A stretch of DNA of 63,410 nucleotides, the filler included, from Octopus bimaculoides (Eukaryota): NCBI RefSeq assembly GCF_001194135.2. It is 4 parts of 3 records of this genome, joined end to end, with 100 filler letters (N's around TTAATTAATTAA, not from the genome) between each part and the next. Parts side by side here need not be neighbours in the genome. Positions count along the whole stretch, not along the records: positions 1 to 26,684 come from NC_068983.1; 3 more parts are not named here. One strand, given 5' to 3'. The notes below the pieces were generated by a model. The model was given only the letters and a program-made list of their open reading frames with translations, was not told the DNA's origin and searched no databases. The stretch's first letter is position 1; each line of letters opens with the position of its first letter. Of the stretch, positions 12,531-25,520 are shown in pieces. The translations under genes were made by a program, and so were the position numbers.

Positions 12531-13048
12531 TGAATTATCGTAATATTGAAGATATAATTTTTTTTACTTTTACAGGAATTAATAAACTGTATGGCAGTCA
12601 TTAACTTTTGTCTGTTACTAAACTTGACCGATTAACAAACTTGAATTAGTCAATGGCAGATCAGCAATATTAGATCAACAGATAATCAAGTGAAACCAGC
12701 CACAACCCAGAACTAATCCTGTTATCGGAAGCACTGAAATCAATTGGAAATTTGGTCAGTCAGATTATCTTCTTACTGCAATACTTGATTCGTGGAAGTC
12801 GTTGAGGTCTAAATACACAACATACTCAAAAGCTGGAGATTCATATGGAAACAGATGAGTTGTAGATAAACCCCATCTCACCTTATTCCTGGTATACTAG
12901 GAATAGCACAAACAAATTCTCTATCAGATTCCCAGTAAAGCAGTAATAGAGAAAGAAGATAAAATGCTAAAATTAGACTACTGATCCACATTGCAGCTTT
13001 GTAGTTCAGTTTGTTTATGACTCATTGCTAATGTTGTTCATCATAGCT

Positions 13049-13470
13049 CTTTACTCTTTTACTCTTTTACTTGTTTCAGTCATTTGACTGCGGCCATGCG
13101 GGAGCACAGCCTTTAGTCGAGCAAATCAACCCCAGGACTTATTTATTCTTTGTAAGCCTAGTACTTATTCTATCGGTCTCTTTTGCCGAACTGCTAATTT
13201 ACGGGGATATAAACACACCAGCATCGGTTGTCAAGCAATGTTGGGGGACAAATACAAACACATAAACATACACATACACATACATATATATATATATACA
13301 TATATATACAATGGGCTTCTTTCAGTTTCCGTCTACCAAATCCACTCACAAGGCTTTGGCAGGCCCAAGGCTATAGTAGAAGACACTTGCCCAAGATGCC
13401 ACGCAGTGGGAATGAACCGAGAAACATATGGTTCGTAAGCATGCTACTTACCACACAGCCACTCCTGTGC
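13049..13470 (-). mobile_element. SINE family A copy
   Basis: Reverse complement, full length. Confidence 0.88.
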
Positions 13471-14141
13471 TTATAGCTATTTACCACTTGGTTTTAATTG
13501 ATAAAAAAGAAAACAGATATTTTCTGTGCTAGGCACAAGGCCCAAAATTTTGGGGGAGGAGGCCAGTCAATTAGATCGACTCCAGTACACAACTGGTACT
13601 TAATTTATCAACCTCAAAGGATGAAAGGCAAAGAAAAAGAAACAGTTCTTGCAATGAAAGGAGCATGTGACAAACCCAGTACTTCATTTTGTTATGAAGC
13701 AAGGCTTAGACTCTTTGCAGTTGAGGAAATTATTGATGATATTCATGTGGAGATGAGATGAGTCAGAAGGAAAGGGCTGGGACGTCAATGGTCAAGGGGC
13801 CTGACCAAAACAGGAAGCGGGAGAGAAGAAGTGAGAGAAACAAGACCAGTGTTGTTCTCTTTCGACCTGCTGCAGTCGCCATGAACAGACATCAGTGGAG
13901 CGAGCTAGCGGGATTGGTTGTTGCAGCTGCTAACATTAGGTGATATGGGTAGGGCACGGGTTTGGACTCAGCACAGCTGGGCACATGCATCACAACCATG
14001 TGTGCGCAACATGGTGATCTCATATATGTGTGTGTGTGTGTCTTTGTGTTTGTCCCACACCAGATGGGTAATCATGATGGGTATACTTGGCTTCGTATAT
14101 TTTACCCCAGTGTCACTTCGATGGCATGCGCTGCTCTCTCA

Positions 14142-14194
<53 letters not shown>

Positions 14195-14643
14195 GGTAAG
14201 GTGGCAGGATGGTTAGCACGCTGGGCAAAATGTTTAGCGGTATTTCGTCCGTTGTTATGTTCTGAGTTCAAATTCCACCAAGGTCGACTTTGCCTTTCAT
14301 CTTTTTGAGGTCGATAAATTGAGTACCAGATGCATACTGGGGTCGATCTAATCGACTGGCCCCCTCCCCTAAAAATTTCGGACCTTGTGCCTAGAGTAGA
14401 AAAGAATAATAATGATGATGATGATGATGATTTCAAATTTTGACACAAGGCCAGCAAGTTCAGGAGAGTGCGTAAGTTGATAAATCGACATCAGTGCTTA
14501 ACCGGTACTTATCTTATCAACCCTGAAGTGGATGAAAGGCAAAGTCGACCTTAGTAGAATTTGAACTCAGAATGTAAAGACAGGCAAAATGCTTCCAAGT
14601 ATTTATCCCCGCATGCTAACAATCGTGCCAGCTCACTGCTGTA

Positions 14644-14678
<35 letters not shown>

Positions 14679-14884
14679 TATTATTATTATTATAATAATC
14701 ATTTCTACTATAGGTACAAGGCTTGAAATTAGCAGGGAAGGGGATAGTCGATTACATCGACCCAGTATTCAACTGGTACTTAATTTATTGACCCCGAAAG
14801 GATGAAAGGCAAAGTCAACCTCAGCCGAATTTGAACTCAGAATGTGAAGAAGGGAAAAATACTACTATGCTTTTTTCCTGGTGN
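14195..14884. mobile_element. Three SINE family B copies: 14195-14402 (+), 14433-14640 (-), 14702-14884 (-)
   Basis: Diagnostic core in the stated orientations, separated by AAT/GAT tracts. Confidence 0.85.
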
Positions 14885-15299
14885 NNNNNNNNNNNNNNNN
14901 NNNNNNNNNNNNNNNNNNNNNNNNNNNNNNNNNNNNNNNNNNNNNNNNNNNNNNNNNNNNNNNNNNNNNNNNNNNNNNNNNNNNNNNNNNNNNNNNNNNN
15001 NNNNNNNNNNNNNNNNNNNNNNNNNNNNNNNNNNNNNNNNNNNNNNNNNNNNNNNNNNNNNNNNNNNNNNNNNNNNNNNNNNNNNNNNNNNNNNNNNNNN
15101 NNNNNNNNNNNNNNNNNNNNNNNNNNNNNNNNNNNNNNNNNNNNNNNNNNNNNNNNNNNNNNNNNNNNNNNNNNNNNNNNNNNNNNNNNNNNNNNNNNNN
15201 NNNNNNNNNNNNNNNNNNNNNNNNNNNNNNNNNNNNNNNNNNNNNNNNNNNNNNNNNNNNNNNNNNNNNNNNNNNNNNNNNNNNNNNNNNNNNNNNNNN

Positions 15300-15413
<114 letters not shown>

Positions 15414-16362
15414 CTGCATTGTGGAGAGTAGGTGCACACTATAAATATGACCGATCATATTATGAAGAAATGTCTTTATGATTAATAAAAAGGTCAGCAA
15501 GTAAAGTCATTAAAAGTCATTTGAAAGTCATCCAGTACTTAGATTTCCTTTGATGGAAGTTTAAAGAACGCACACTTCCAGGACATCTTGTCTGCCAAAT
15601 AACCAATGTTTTATTGCATTAGTATTACTAACTTAATATCAGTAAATGCTTCTTTCGCTGGTTTAATTTTTCTCACTGACATTTACATTGTTGTTTTTGA
15701 AAGTTAAATATAAATTATCTGTTTCTTTTACATCTGAGATTTGAGTTTATAATTTAATTAGGGAGCATTTATATGGTCTTTTGATCTGCTAGAAATACCA
15801 GCAAATCTCTCTGAAAATCATATATGCTATCATAATAAAGTATAAAAGTGTCGTTGGACGTTGTTGTGGTAGTCATGGTAGCTGCCGATGAATGAAAATG
15901 TCATTCTAGGGCTGTGTGCAGAAGTAATTAAAACACTCACAAACAATTAACAGAGGTTTTATTTACGGCACGTAGTGTTTTCTCTGCTGGTGAATGGGAG
16001 AGACATGCTACTGAGATCTACAACTGGTATAGCAATTGTGGATGGCTCATCACAACTGGAAAATAATTGCACTATATTCATGGTGACAAAGTCTGTGCCT
16101 TCTAGCTACCGATGCCTGGTGATAGTTATAAAAGGAGAATGGAGACGTTGAGCTGTAACTATATGCATGAGAATGCATACATAAAACAAAGCATACAAAT
16201 CTGCACATGCACTGAATCCAAATCTGCACATGCACTGATACCTTGTTGTTGATGTTGAAGTCCCAATGAAGGAGCCTTGGATCTAGGATAGAAATTATTT
16301 CTTTCTCTATTGGCAAGATATATATATATATATATATATGTATAAAACTGAATACCATACGA

Positions 16363-16830
16363 TGCAGACTTTGTGGAGTTCACATTGAAGATATCACCCA
16401 CATCATAAGTATTATCTACAGATGAGACATGATGTTGAAGCTAGGACACTCTATAATGAGATCTGCTAAAAGGATAACCCCGAGACCAAAGAAATAAGAA
16501 CCCACAATATGGTAGAAGCTATAGCCCCTCGTAATAGAGAGGAATGCTGGTGGAATGTACCAGTGAAGACCTCAATAAAATGTAAGCACAACAGATCTGA
16601 CATAATGATTTGGGATAGAGAAGAGAAACTGTATACAATTGTGGAAATCAGCTGCCCAGCAGATGTTAACATAAAGCTGAAGATCAGTGAAAAAGAGAAC
16701 ACCTATGCTGAACTATTGAGAAATCTACAGTTACTCTATCCAGATTACAAGTTCAGGTTTATGCCTGTAATTACTGGGGCCCTGGGATATGTAACACACT
16801 GCCTAAATACCAGTCTTGAGAAAGTAGGCT
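16363..16830 (+). mobile_element. RLE-type non-LTR retrotransposon fragment (CCHC remnant + PD-(D/E)xK nuclease)
   Basis: CRLCGVHIEDITHIIS..RHD; WWNVPVKTSIKCKHNRSDIMIWD..IVEISCPADVNI..KENTY..PVITGALG. Confidence 0.85.
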
Positions 16831-16934
16831 GTTGATGTTGTTGAAATTCCAATAAAGGAGCCTTAGGTCTAGTTAGAAACTGGCTTTCTCTATTGGCAAG
16901 AAATGTTGAAATAAAACTGAATAATGACATAGAA

Positions 16935-17340
16935 GCACTGGTTATGTTGGATTGGACACCTCATTAGAATGAAGGATAGCAAGATCCCTAAGTAGATGAT
17001 GCTATATGGGGAACTTGTGAATGGAAAGAGAGCCCAGCAGAAACCAAGGCTGTGATTTAAGGACTGTGTCAAGTCTTCATTAAAGAGCTGTGATATGCAG
17101 GAGACTGACTGGGAGAGCAGTGTCTGTCATTGCCTCAGATGGAGGAAGCAGGTTAAAGAGGGGGTTGACACCTTTGAGAGAGCACATATTCTGTATGAAG
17201 AACTTAAGTGAGCTGCTCAAAAGCGCACTGCTGGTATAGTGAATGAGGACAGCTTAGTTTGTAATGTTTGCAGTCGTGTATGCTTGCCAAGAGCAGGGCT
17301 CATTAGCCACCAACAGAGCCGCAAATGCAAAATATAAGTT
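16935..17340 (+). mobile_element. RTE-clade LINE 3' fragment
   Basis: LCWIGHLIRMKDSKIPK*MMLYGELVNGKRAQQKPRL*FKDCVKSSLK...CNVCSRVCLPRAGLISHQQSRKCKI*. Confidence 0.85.
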
Positions 17341-18532
17341 AGTCCTAGAGCACAAAATGTTCCTGAAGGTCAGCAATGGTCTTCCTTGGTCACGAGTGGT
17401 CAGCTATCATATGTATGCCTGTGCATCTCCTCATTGTAACATCACATGATGGTTGTAAAAATGCATTACCGTACGCAAGCAGTATCCCTCATTTCCAGTC
17501 TTCCTTGTAAACCTGTCCAACCACCGAGAAATATTAACTTGCTTGAAAACAGGTGATGGTTGGTAACAGGAAGAGCATCCAGCTGTAGAAAATCTGCTTT
17601 GATGAATACCTTCTGCTCCATGCAAGCATTGAAATGTGGATGTCAAATGATGATGATGATGACAGTGTTTATTCTTATTTAGTTTTGAAACTTTTTATTT
17701 AGATGCATCTATTTTATCTTTTTAATAGTGGTTGATATAAGGATTGAACTCATGACTAATGAGTAAGTAATTCAGTATCTTGACCTTAATCTTACAGCTG
17801 TTGTATCTTGTTTTCATTCAAATAGACAAATGGTGTGCACATAAAAGTAGCATGCTTGATAATGATAACAATTCTTTCTAATTTTGGCACAAGGCCAGCA
17901 ATTTTGAGAGGAAGGGACAAGTTACTTACATCAACCACAGTCTCAACTGGTTCTTATTACATCGATTCTGTAAGGCTAAGTTGACCTCGGTGGTGTATGA
18001 AGTCAGAACATAAAAAGCTAGAAGATACACCGCTAAGAATTTTGTCTTGAATTGTAATGACTCTGCCAGCTCACCGACTTTAGTAAGGTGATAATAATGA
18101 TAACTATCTTGGTCAATTAACAACTTTCAACCTCAATTAATCTGGCCAAATTATTAAAATGTTACGCTCCATCAAGCATGAATCAAATATCAGTAAAATA
18201 ACATTTTGAATGATTTTTATTTTAATTTTCATGGCTTAGTTAGAGAACAAACGACTGCGCTAATGACCTTCCCAGGATCTCCAAGTCAGGATGTGTTTCA
18301 AAAAAAGGAGAAGAAATGACTCCACATCAGATACAGTTCATCTGTTGAGTTGCTGTATTTAGTTTTATTGCATTTTTTCTTATTTTCACTCATAAACTGA
18401 TCTTTCTTGATTGGATCTCAGGTCTAACAGTCAAAGGTTACTTTCTCTTCCCAATCCTATGCAATACACTAAGCAAGATATATTTTTCTCTGAATTCTGT
18501 AAAATTCCATATTTTATTTTGTCAAATGAAAG

Positions 18533-18850
18533 AATGGCTGTGCAGTTAAGAAGTGTGCTTCACAACCATGAAGTTTCAGGTTCAGTCCCACCGCAGAGCA
18601 CCTTGGACAAGTGTCTTCTACAATGGCCTTGGGCCGACCAATCTAATTAATGATTTGTGAGCGAATCTGGTAGACAGAAACTGTGTGGAAGCCTGTTGTA
18701 TGTGTGTGTGTGTGTGTGTGTGTGTACATCTTTGTATTTGTACTCACACTGCTTGACCAATCAATGTTGGTTTGTTTACATTCTTGTAACTTAGCTGTTC
18801 AGAAAAAGAGATTGTTAGAATAAATAGCAAACATAAATGAAAAACAAGTA
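18533..18850 (+). mobile_element. SINE family A copy, diverged
   Basis: Head TGGCTGTGCAGTTAAG..GGTTCAGTCCC..CCTTGGACAAGTGTCTTC. Confidence 0.7.
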
Positions 18851-21429
18851 AAGGATGTGGATGTGTCCCATTGAATACATATAAAAAGTCAAAAGCAATG
18901 CCTGCTGGGTTCTGCTACTCCACGTTGATAAGGGACAAATACCCCAAAACTAGTCTGTGGATGTTGAACCAGCAAGGGGAAGCTGATGACCTCCCCTGTT
19001 TGAAGGTTGTAATAGACACAGGTTTGTGTGTCACATAGCTAGCTAGAGGTGATAGCTTCTTGGAGCTAATCAATGGTAGCATTCATCTTATTTTTCTGGA
19101 CTGCTTTGTTAGCTTGATGATAACTATTAATACCCAGTACTACTGCCATAGTCTCCTTTAGAGAGATTTGGAAATAATATTTCTACAGTAATTACAATTT
19201 AACTTTTTATCAAGTTTCTTGGTGCTTATACAAAATGATAGTTTGTAATTGCTTGCTATTTTCTTCCAATTTATTTGGCATACACCGTAGCTTGTCTCAT
19301 AGCGCCATCTTCTCTAACATCAGGTGTGTACAGATGTCCTCATCAACATTATCCATAGGATGCCAAGTTTTGGTGGATTTCATTGTTTGGTATAAACCTT
19401 CCCTTTGTTTTCTTCCTCCAGAATTGTTTCAACCATCATTTCAATACTTGTCTCCAGCTGGGGACTATCTTGTTCTCTGAGAAGTTTTCAGAAGGCAGGG
19501 TTTTGCTTTTGCTAAGCTGGAAACTAATTACAATGCCAACACTTGAAAGTTTGGCGAAAACTTTGTCTAATGCATCTTTTAATAATTTAAAATGCTTTTG
19601 TTCAACTTAAGTATTTATTTTGTCACTGCTGTCATCTGACCTGCACATGATTGTCTGTGTGTAGCCTTGTCTTGATATCATGTGACGTTTGTAAATGAGT
19701 GACATTATCATCATACAAGCAATGCTGTTCATTTCCAGTCTGCCATGAAAAGCATGTCTGACCATGAGGAGTTATCATATTACTTGGAAATGAGAGTTAA
19801 CAACAGGAATAGTATCTCATCACAGAAATTCTACCTCAATAAATTCTGTCTAGCCTTTGCTAACATGAAAATGTGGACATTAAATAAGGACAATGATGAA
19901 TATCTATGCAAAATCCAGTGTAATCAGAAAATTAAGACAAATGTAAAGTAATGAAACTATGTTTTTCTTTTTTTAAGCTTTCACTATGAAATGCTACACG
20001 GTTGTAAATATACATTGGTATTCTCTTCATACAAAAAAAAAAAAGGAAATTGTCCTAATGTGTTTCATGATTCATTGACTGTTCATCAGAGGATAATAAC
20101 CCTACCCTCTCATCCTTCGGCCCATGAAAACAATTTAAAGTCAATTGTGATTTAAATCAAACATAGGCTAAAACTTAGTTGTAACACCTTGGGCTAATGT
20201 GCGTATCATATCTCAAACAGGTTGCATTAAATGCCTAAGGTAAAATTAAAGGAGATGAGCCAAACTTTTTAAAGCTTTCCTGTAAAACTTTAAGTAGATC
20301 TAAATAAACATTGTTATTCCCTTCACATACAGAAATATGAAGGAGATCACTCTGACATGTTTCACTGAGATGTTATGCACAATAAACATAAACCAAACCT
20401 TAGATTTATTATGCAGTTTCTTCAGTTAGTCATACACATCTTCAAGTGAGATTATAATCAAATGAGTCAAAGCAGTGTTGATAGTTATTAATCATCACTC
20501 ATGAATCAGAAGGGTCCACTTTGAAATTCTAATGGGAGAGCATGGATATGTGACAGCAAAGCAAATTAGCATACATTTTTATTTAAGACTAGAGGGTGAG
20601 AGTTGCAGATGATGTGTAATGCTTTTTGTATTAGATAGAATTTGATAAATTGTTTCTTTAGAAGATTTAAGGGATTAGGATAAGTGTTTGTGACAAGAGC
20701 TTATGCATTTGAGAAAATCATGGGTTATGAATATTTCAGAGTTTTAAATACCCCATGTCTGCTAAATGAGATTACTTTTGGTGTACGTTGAATGACTATG
20801 TTTTGAAAAAGAATTCTGTATAATTCCAGATTGCAGAGTCGGCAAGGCTTCTCATGAGACATACATGGCATTGCATTATGAGAGAATTGTCAACTTGATA
20901 TGAAATGGTGTAAAAAAAATTTAAATGCTATTTATGAAGCAATGGTGAGGTAGCTAACTTTCTGCTTAGGTTATGAATTAATGTAAATTTTGTTTTTAAA
21001 ATTGGCTAAACTGATATAAGATGGAAAGACATAATTAGTTTTAAATTTAATGCACAAATAATTTCTTTTGCTTAGCAAATTCTCTTAAAGTTATATTAAT
21101 GGTACTATTACAGTTTGGTGGGTTTTCATTTTAATTACAATTACAGTTTGGTGGGTTTTCATTTTAAAAGGTTAGCTAGCAATGACCTGTGCAAGACTGT
21201 ACATTGTAGAAGAAATCTTTATATTGTTTTGATTGAGTAACTAATAGTATTATATTTAACACATTCACTAAATATAATTGTGCAAATTCAAACCTGCTTA
21301 GACATTTACAGCAGAAACTGACTCAGGAGACAACTTGTTCTTATAGACAATAAGTGAATAAAACACACCACTGTCATCAGACTGTAGAACTTATGTTTCT
21401 GCATCATTAGGCTTCATTATCTACAGATA

Positions 21430-21620
21430 CCATAAGGTTGTGAGTTCGATTCCCAACAGCACTCTGTGTCCTTGAGCAAGGCACTTTATTTCACACTGCT
21501 TCAGTGCACTCAGCTGGCAAAAATGAGTTTCAAAGAGTATGTGTATCTGTGGAGTGTTCAGCTACTTGCACATTAATTTCACAAGCAGACTGTCCCATTG
21601 ATTGGATCAACTGGAACCCT
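21430..21620 (+). mobile_element. tRNA-headed SINE, family H
   Basis: B-box GAGTTCGATTCC then TGTGTCCTTGAGCAAGGCACTTTATTTCAC..CACTCAGCTGGCAAAAATGAGT. Confidence 0.65.
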
Positions 21621-22051
21621 AATTGATTTAAGTTTGACAAAGGATTGCACACATCAGCAAATTTACTATTTGTTGTTTAAATATAAGAATGGTAATTCTT
21701 AACATGCTGTGGACAATAGGTCCAGTATCTGTAACTGATGAAGCATAATGATACAGAAACACATGCCCCATAGTCCAGGGACATCATTCATAGTTCACTG
21801 ATGTGTTTTTCTGCAGTAAAAGTCTTTCCATGCATGAAGCTACTTGAACATATTAAAACATAATTGTACACGCTCATGTTATAATTATTACTGATTAGTG
21901 AGCCTCTAATTAATTATGGTGTTCCAGACTGCAGAAAGTGTAAGAATCTAAACAGAAGTTTGATTATAGGAGTGATGACTTAGAAATTCTAATACATATG
22001 TATATCTCTTTATACGATTAGTAATGGCGGCTGTATATACAGACTATATTT

Positions 22052-22101
<50 letters not shown>

Positions 22102-22939
22102 GTGTTATATTTTACTGTGTGTATAGAAGTTATATTTCACTCTGTATATACAGGTTACATTTTACTCTCTTTATATATAAGTTTTATTTCACTTTATATA
22201 TACAGGTTATATTCTGTTCTTTGAAATCAATTGCTTCTGAGTGCTTCATTATCATATTCTGATATTTTATTCAATATCTGTTCATTAGAAGATAAAGTAA
22301 AATGTCTTGCAGAAATGATTTGAACCAAATCATTTATAATGGATTTTAGATAATTTTGGACATATTGCAAAGTATCAGTGGGATTTCTTGCAGAGTGATT
22401 ATTTAGAATTAGATAATTCTATAAAGAAACATCAAAGAAAGAAATTACTTTTAACTGTTCTTTGACAGTGATAGAGAAAATTATTTTCTTGAAAAACTTG
22501 TGGAGGCCTTTACAGAACTGATCATCAGTGGCATTGGAATAAGCTTCTGAGTAAAATATAACTATTCATTGAGATAAACTTTTGGAACAAGGAAGGATTT
22601 CTCACATGGAGAGTTTAAAATATATTGTAGGTTAGATCACTGACTTCTGCAGAATCTGCTGCACCCACACTCATGCTGGAAGGCTTAGTCTTTTATACTT
22701 TTGTTTATCCTGATCTGTTTGGTTATTGAAAAGGCTGTATATCACAGAGCAGATTTTCTATGGATGGATACCCTCTCTGTCACCAACCCTCTCTGTCACC
22801 AACCCTCACCTGTTTCCATGCAAAATAATATTCCTCTATGGCCAGACATGTTTTCATAGAATGCTGAAATTGAATGACACTGCTTGTATGGCAGTGAAAC
22901 TCATTTACAACAATCATACTATGTCATGACAAAGAGATA

Positions 22940-23145
22940 CAAACATACACATAAATGCACGCACACACATACACATTTACACATGATAAGTTTCTCTCAG
23001 TTTCTGTCCATCAAATCCACTCACAAGGCCTTTGTTCACAAAGGGCTATAGTAGAAGACATTTGCCTAAGATGCTATGCAGTGGAACTGAACCTGAAACC
23101 ATGTAGTTTGGAAAGAAATTTCTTAGCCACTCAGTCACACCTGCC
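22940..23145 (-). mobile_element. SINE family A 5' half
   Basis: TCAGTTTCTGTCCATCAAATCCACTCACAAGGC..GTGGAACTGAACC. Confidence 0.7.
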
Positions 23146-23390
23146 CCTACATGTGTGTGTGTGTGTGTGTAAAGTATGAAACTAAGGAATGAAATTTCTT
23201 CAAAGGGATGTGCAAAAAATCCAATTCATTGGTATGTCAGTTGAGTACTACATAAATAGGGCTATAATGCAAATTACAAACAAAATAACTAGAGATTCAA
23301 TAGACAATTTAATAATTTATTTATATTGCAATATAATATACAATGAATGTAATATAACATAAAAAATTATTAAAATACAAGATCTATATA

Positions 23391-23471
<81 letters not shown>

Positions 23472-23479
23472 GCACACAC

Positions 23480-24290
23480 TGTCTAGAGATGGTAGTCTTG
23501 ATGCAGAGATATACTATCGAATAGAAAAGTATTGCATTTGGAAAGCTCGAAAAACTAGTATGGGTGGATAGAGGTATTTCCTTGCAGATAAAAATCAGTG
23601 TCTATAAAGCGTGTCTAATGACTGCACTTCTTTATTCAAGTGAGACATGGACCACTTACAAGTGTCGCATAAAAATGCTGGAGAGATTTCATCAAAAGTG
23701 CCTCAGACGTATCTTAAGAGTCAAGTGGGAATGTTTCATACCAGATACAGAGGTTTTGCACATAGCACGTTGCAGCTTAATTGAACATGTTACCTTGGCT
23801 CAAATGAGATGGACTGGACATGTTATTAGAATGAAAGATGAGCATTTGCCAAAGTGCCTTTTTTATTATGGTGAGCTCAACTCTGGTAAGCGGCCACAAC
23901 ATAAGCCGAGGAAAAGGTATAAAGACTGTGTGAAGGAAAATCTGAAAAAATTATATATGAACAAAGGTGATTGGGAAAATGATGCTCTAGATCAGAACAA
24001 GTAGAAAGGTACTGTTAGGACTGGTTGCTATGCCTGGGAGGGAAAGATGATTCAGCACTCTGAACTTAAAAGTGCCTGTCACAAAGGATCAATTAGAACT
24101 GTAATCAAAAGTGGACATTGGGTATGTATTATATGTGATCGTGTTCTGTTGTCAAAAGCAGGATACGTGAATCATATGAAGTCACATGAAAATTGTAATG
24201 CCCAGATAGGTAATGGACTTGGACACCAACCACCTCTTATGACTTGTGTCATATGTCAAAAAACTTGTCTTTTGTTTCTCAATAAATTTC
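23480..24290 (+). mobile_element. RTE-clade LINE, 5'-truncated RT C-terminus with C2H2 fingers
   Basis: KISVYKACLMTALLYSSETWT..LERFHQKCLRRIL..MRWTGHVIRM..LPKCLFYYGEL..GKRPQHKPRKRYKD; then CIICDRVLLSKAGYVNHMKSH. Confidence 0.92.
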
Positions 24291-25396
24291 AACTATATAT
24301 ATATATATATATCATCATCATCATCGTTTAACGTCCGCTTTCCATGCTGGCATGGGTTGGATGGTTTGACTGAGGACTGGCAGGCCAGAAGGCTGCTCCA
24401 GGCTCCAATCCAATCTTGCAAAGTTTCTACAGCTGGATGCTGTCCTTCCTAACACCAACCAATCCAAGAGTGTAGTAGGTGCTTTTTACATGCCACTAGC
24501 ATGAGGGCCAGCCAGGTGGTACTGGCATTGACCATGCTGGAATGGTGCTTTTTACATGCCAACTGCACAGGAGCCAGTCAGCCAGCACTTGCATCAACTA
24601 CGCTTGAATGGTGCTTTTTATGTGCCACTGGCACGGGAGCCAGTCAGGCGACACTCACAATGATCATGCTCATATGTAAATAAGCCTTTTTGTGCATGAG
24701 TGTGTAAATGTCTGAGTAAACATGTGTGAAAATGTATGTGTGTGATGTAAATTTGTATGCATGTGTGTGTGTGTGTGTATATATATATACATAACCAAAT
24801 ACACAAACACACATGTAAGTTTGTGTGTGTCATATAATTGTAATTAAGAATGATAATGCCTACCATCACCAAACACTCATCACCACATGTTTAATGCATT
24901 CATTTGAACTGCGTTAATTTTTCGAAATGTCTTTCACAGCTTCATAACAAGACATTACTTTTACTTTATTATAAAAGTTTGTGAAGTCATTTTCTCTCAC
25001 TCAAGTGATTTACAGTGATTCATGAATAAATTATTTCAATGATTTATCATTCGTTGATAAATTCCATACAGTTTTCATTGTGTAGGAGCTGAAATTACAT
25101 CAAAGGCGGCAGAATGTTTTCGTCTTTTGGTATTTGGTTATTTCTTGATTTGTGGGACGGTTTTACAGTAGTGTCATTCTGACTGTGTGTGGTTGTGTAT
25201 GTAGGTGTGAGTGTGTAATGCAAATGTGTGTGTGTGCATTTACACGTGTGTATATATGTGTGAACATGCCTTTGTGTGCGTGAGTGTACATGTCTGGGTT
25301 AACGTGTGTGAAAATGTATGTATGATGTTAATGTTGTGTGTGTGTGTGATTGTATATACAAGTGTGTGTATGTATATATATGTGTGTGTATGTATA

Positions 25397-25520
<124 letters not shown>

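Noticed and set aside
12558-12604. Strong plus-strand acceptor followed by (G)INKLYGSH*
   Set aside because: Too short to assign, and no supporting upstream exon was found.
18241-18510. Possible degenerate Tc1-type transposase fragment on minus strand
   Set aside because: Only weak, stop-interrupted resemblance; no catalytic motif could be fixed.
22600-22700. Minus-strand SMSVGAADSAEVSDLTYNIF* as the missing TLNRD1 exon
   Set aside because: Only vague resemblance, no phase-1 acceptor giving Gly, and an early stop.
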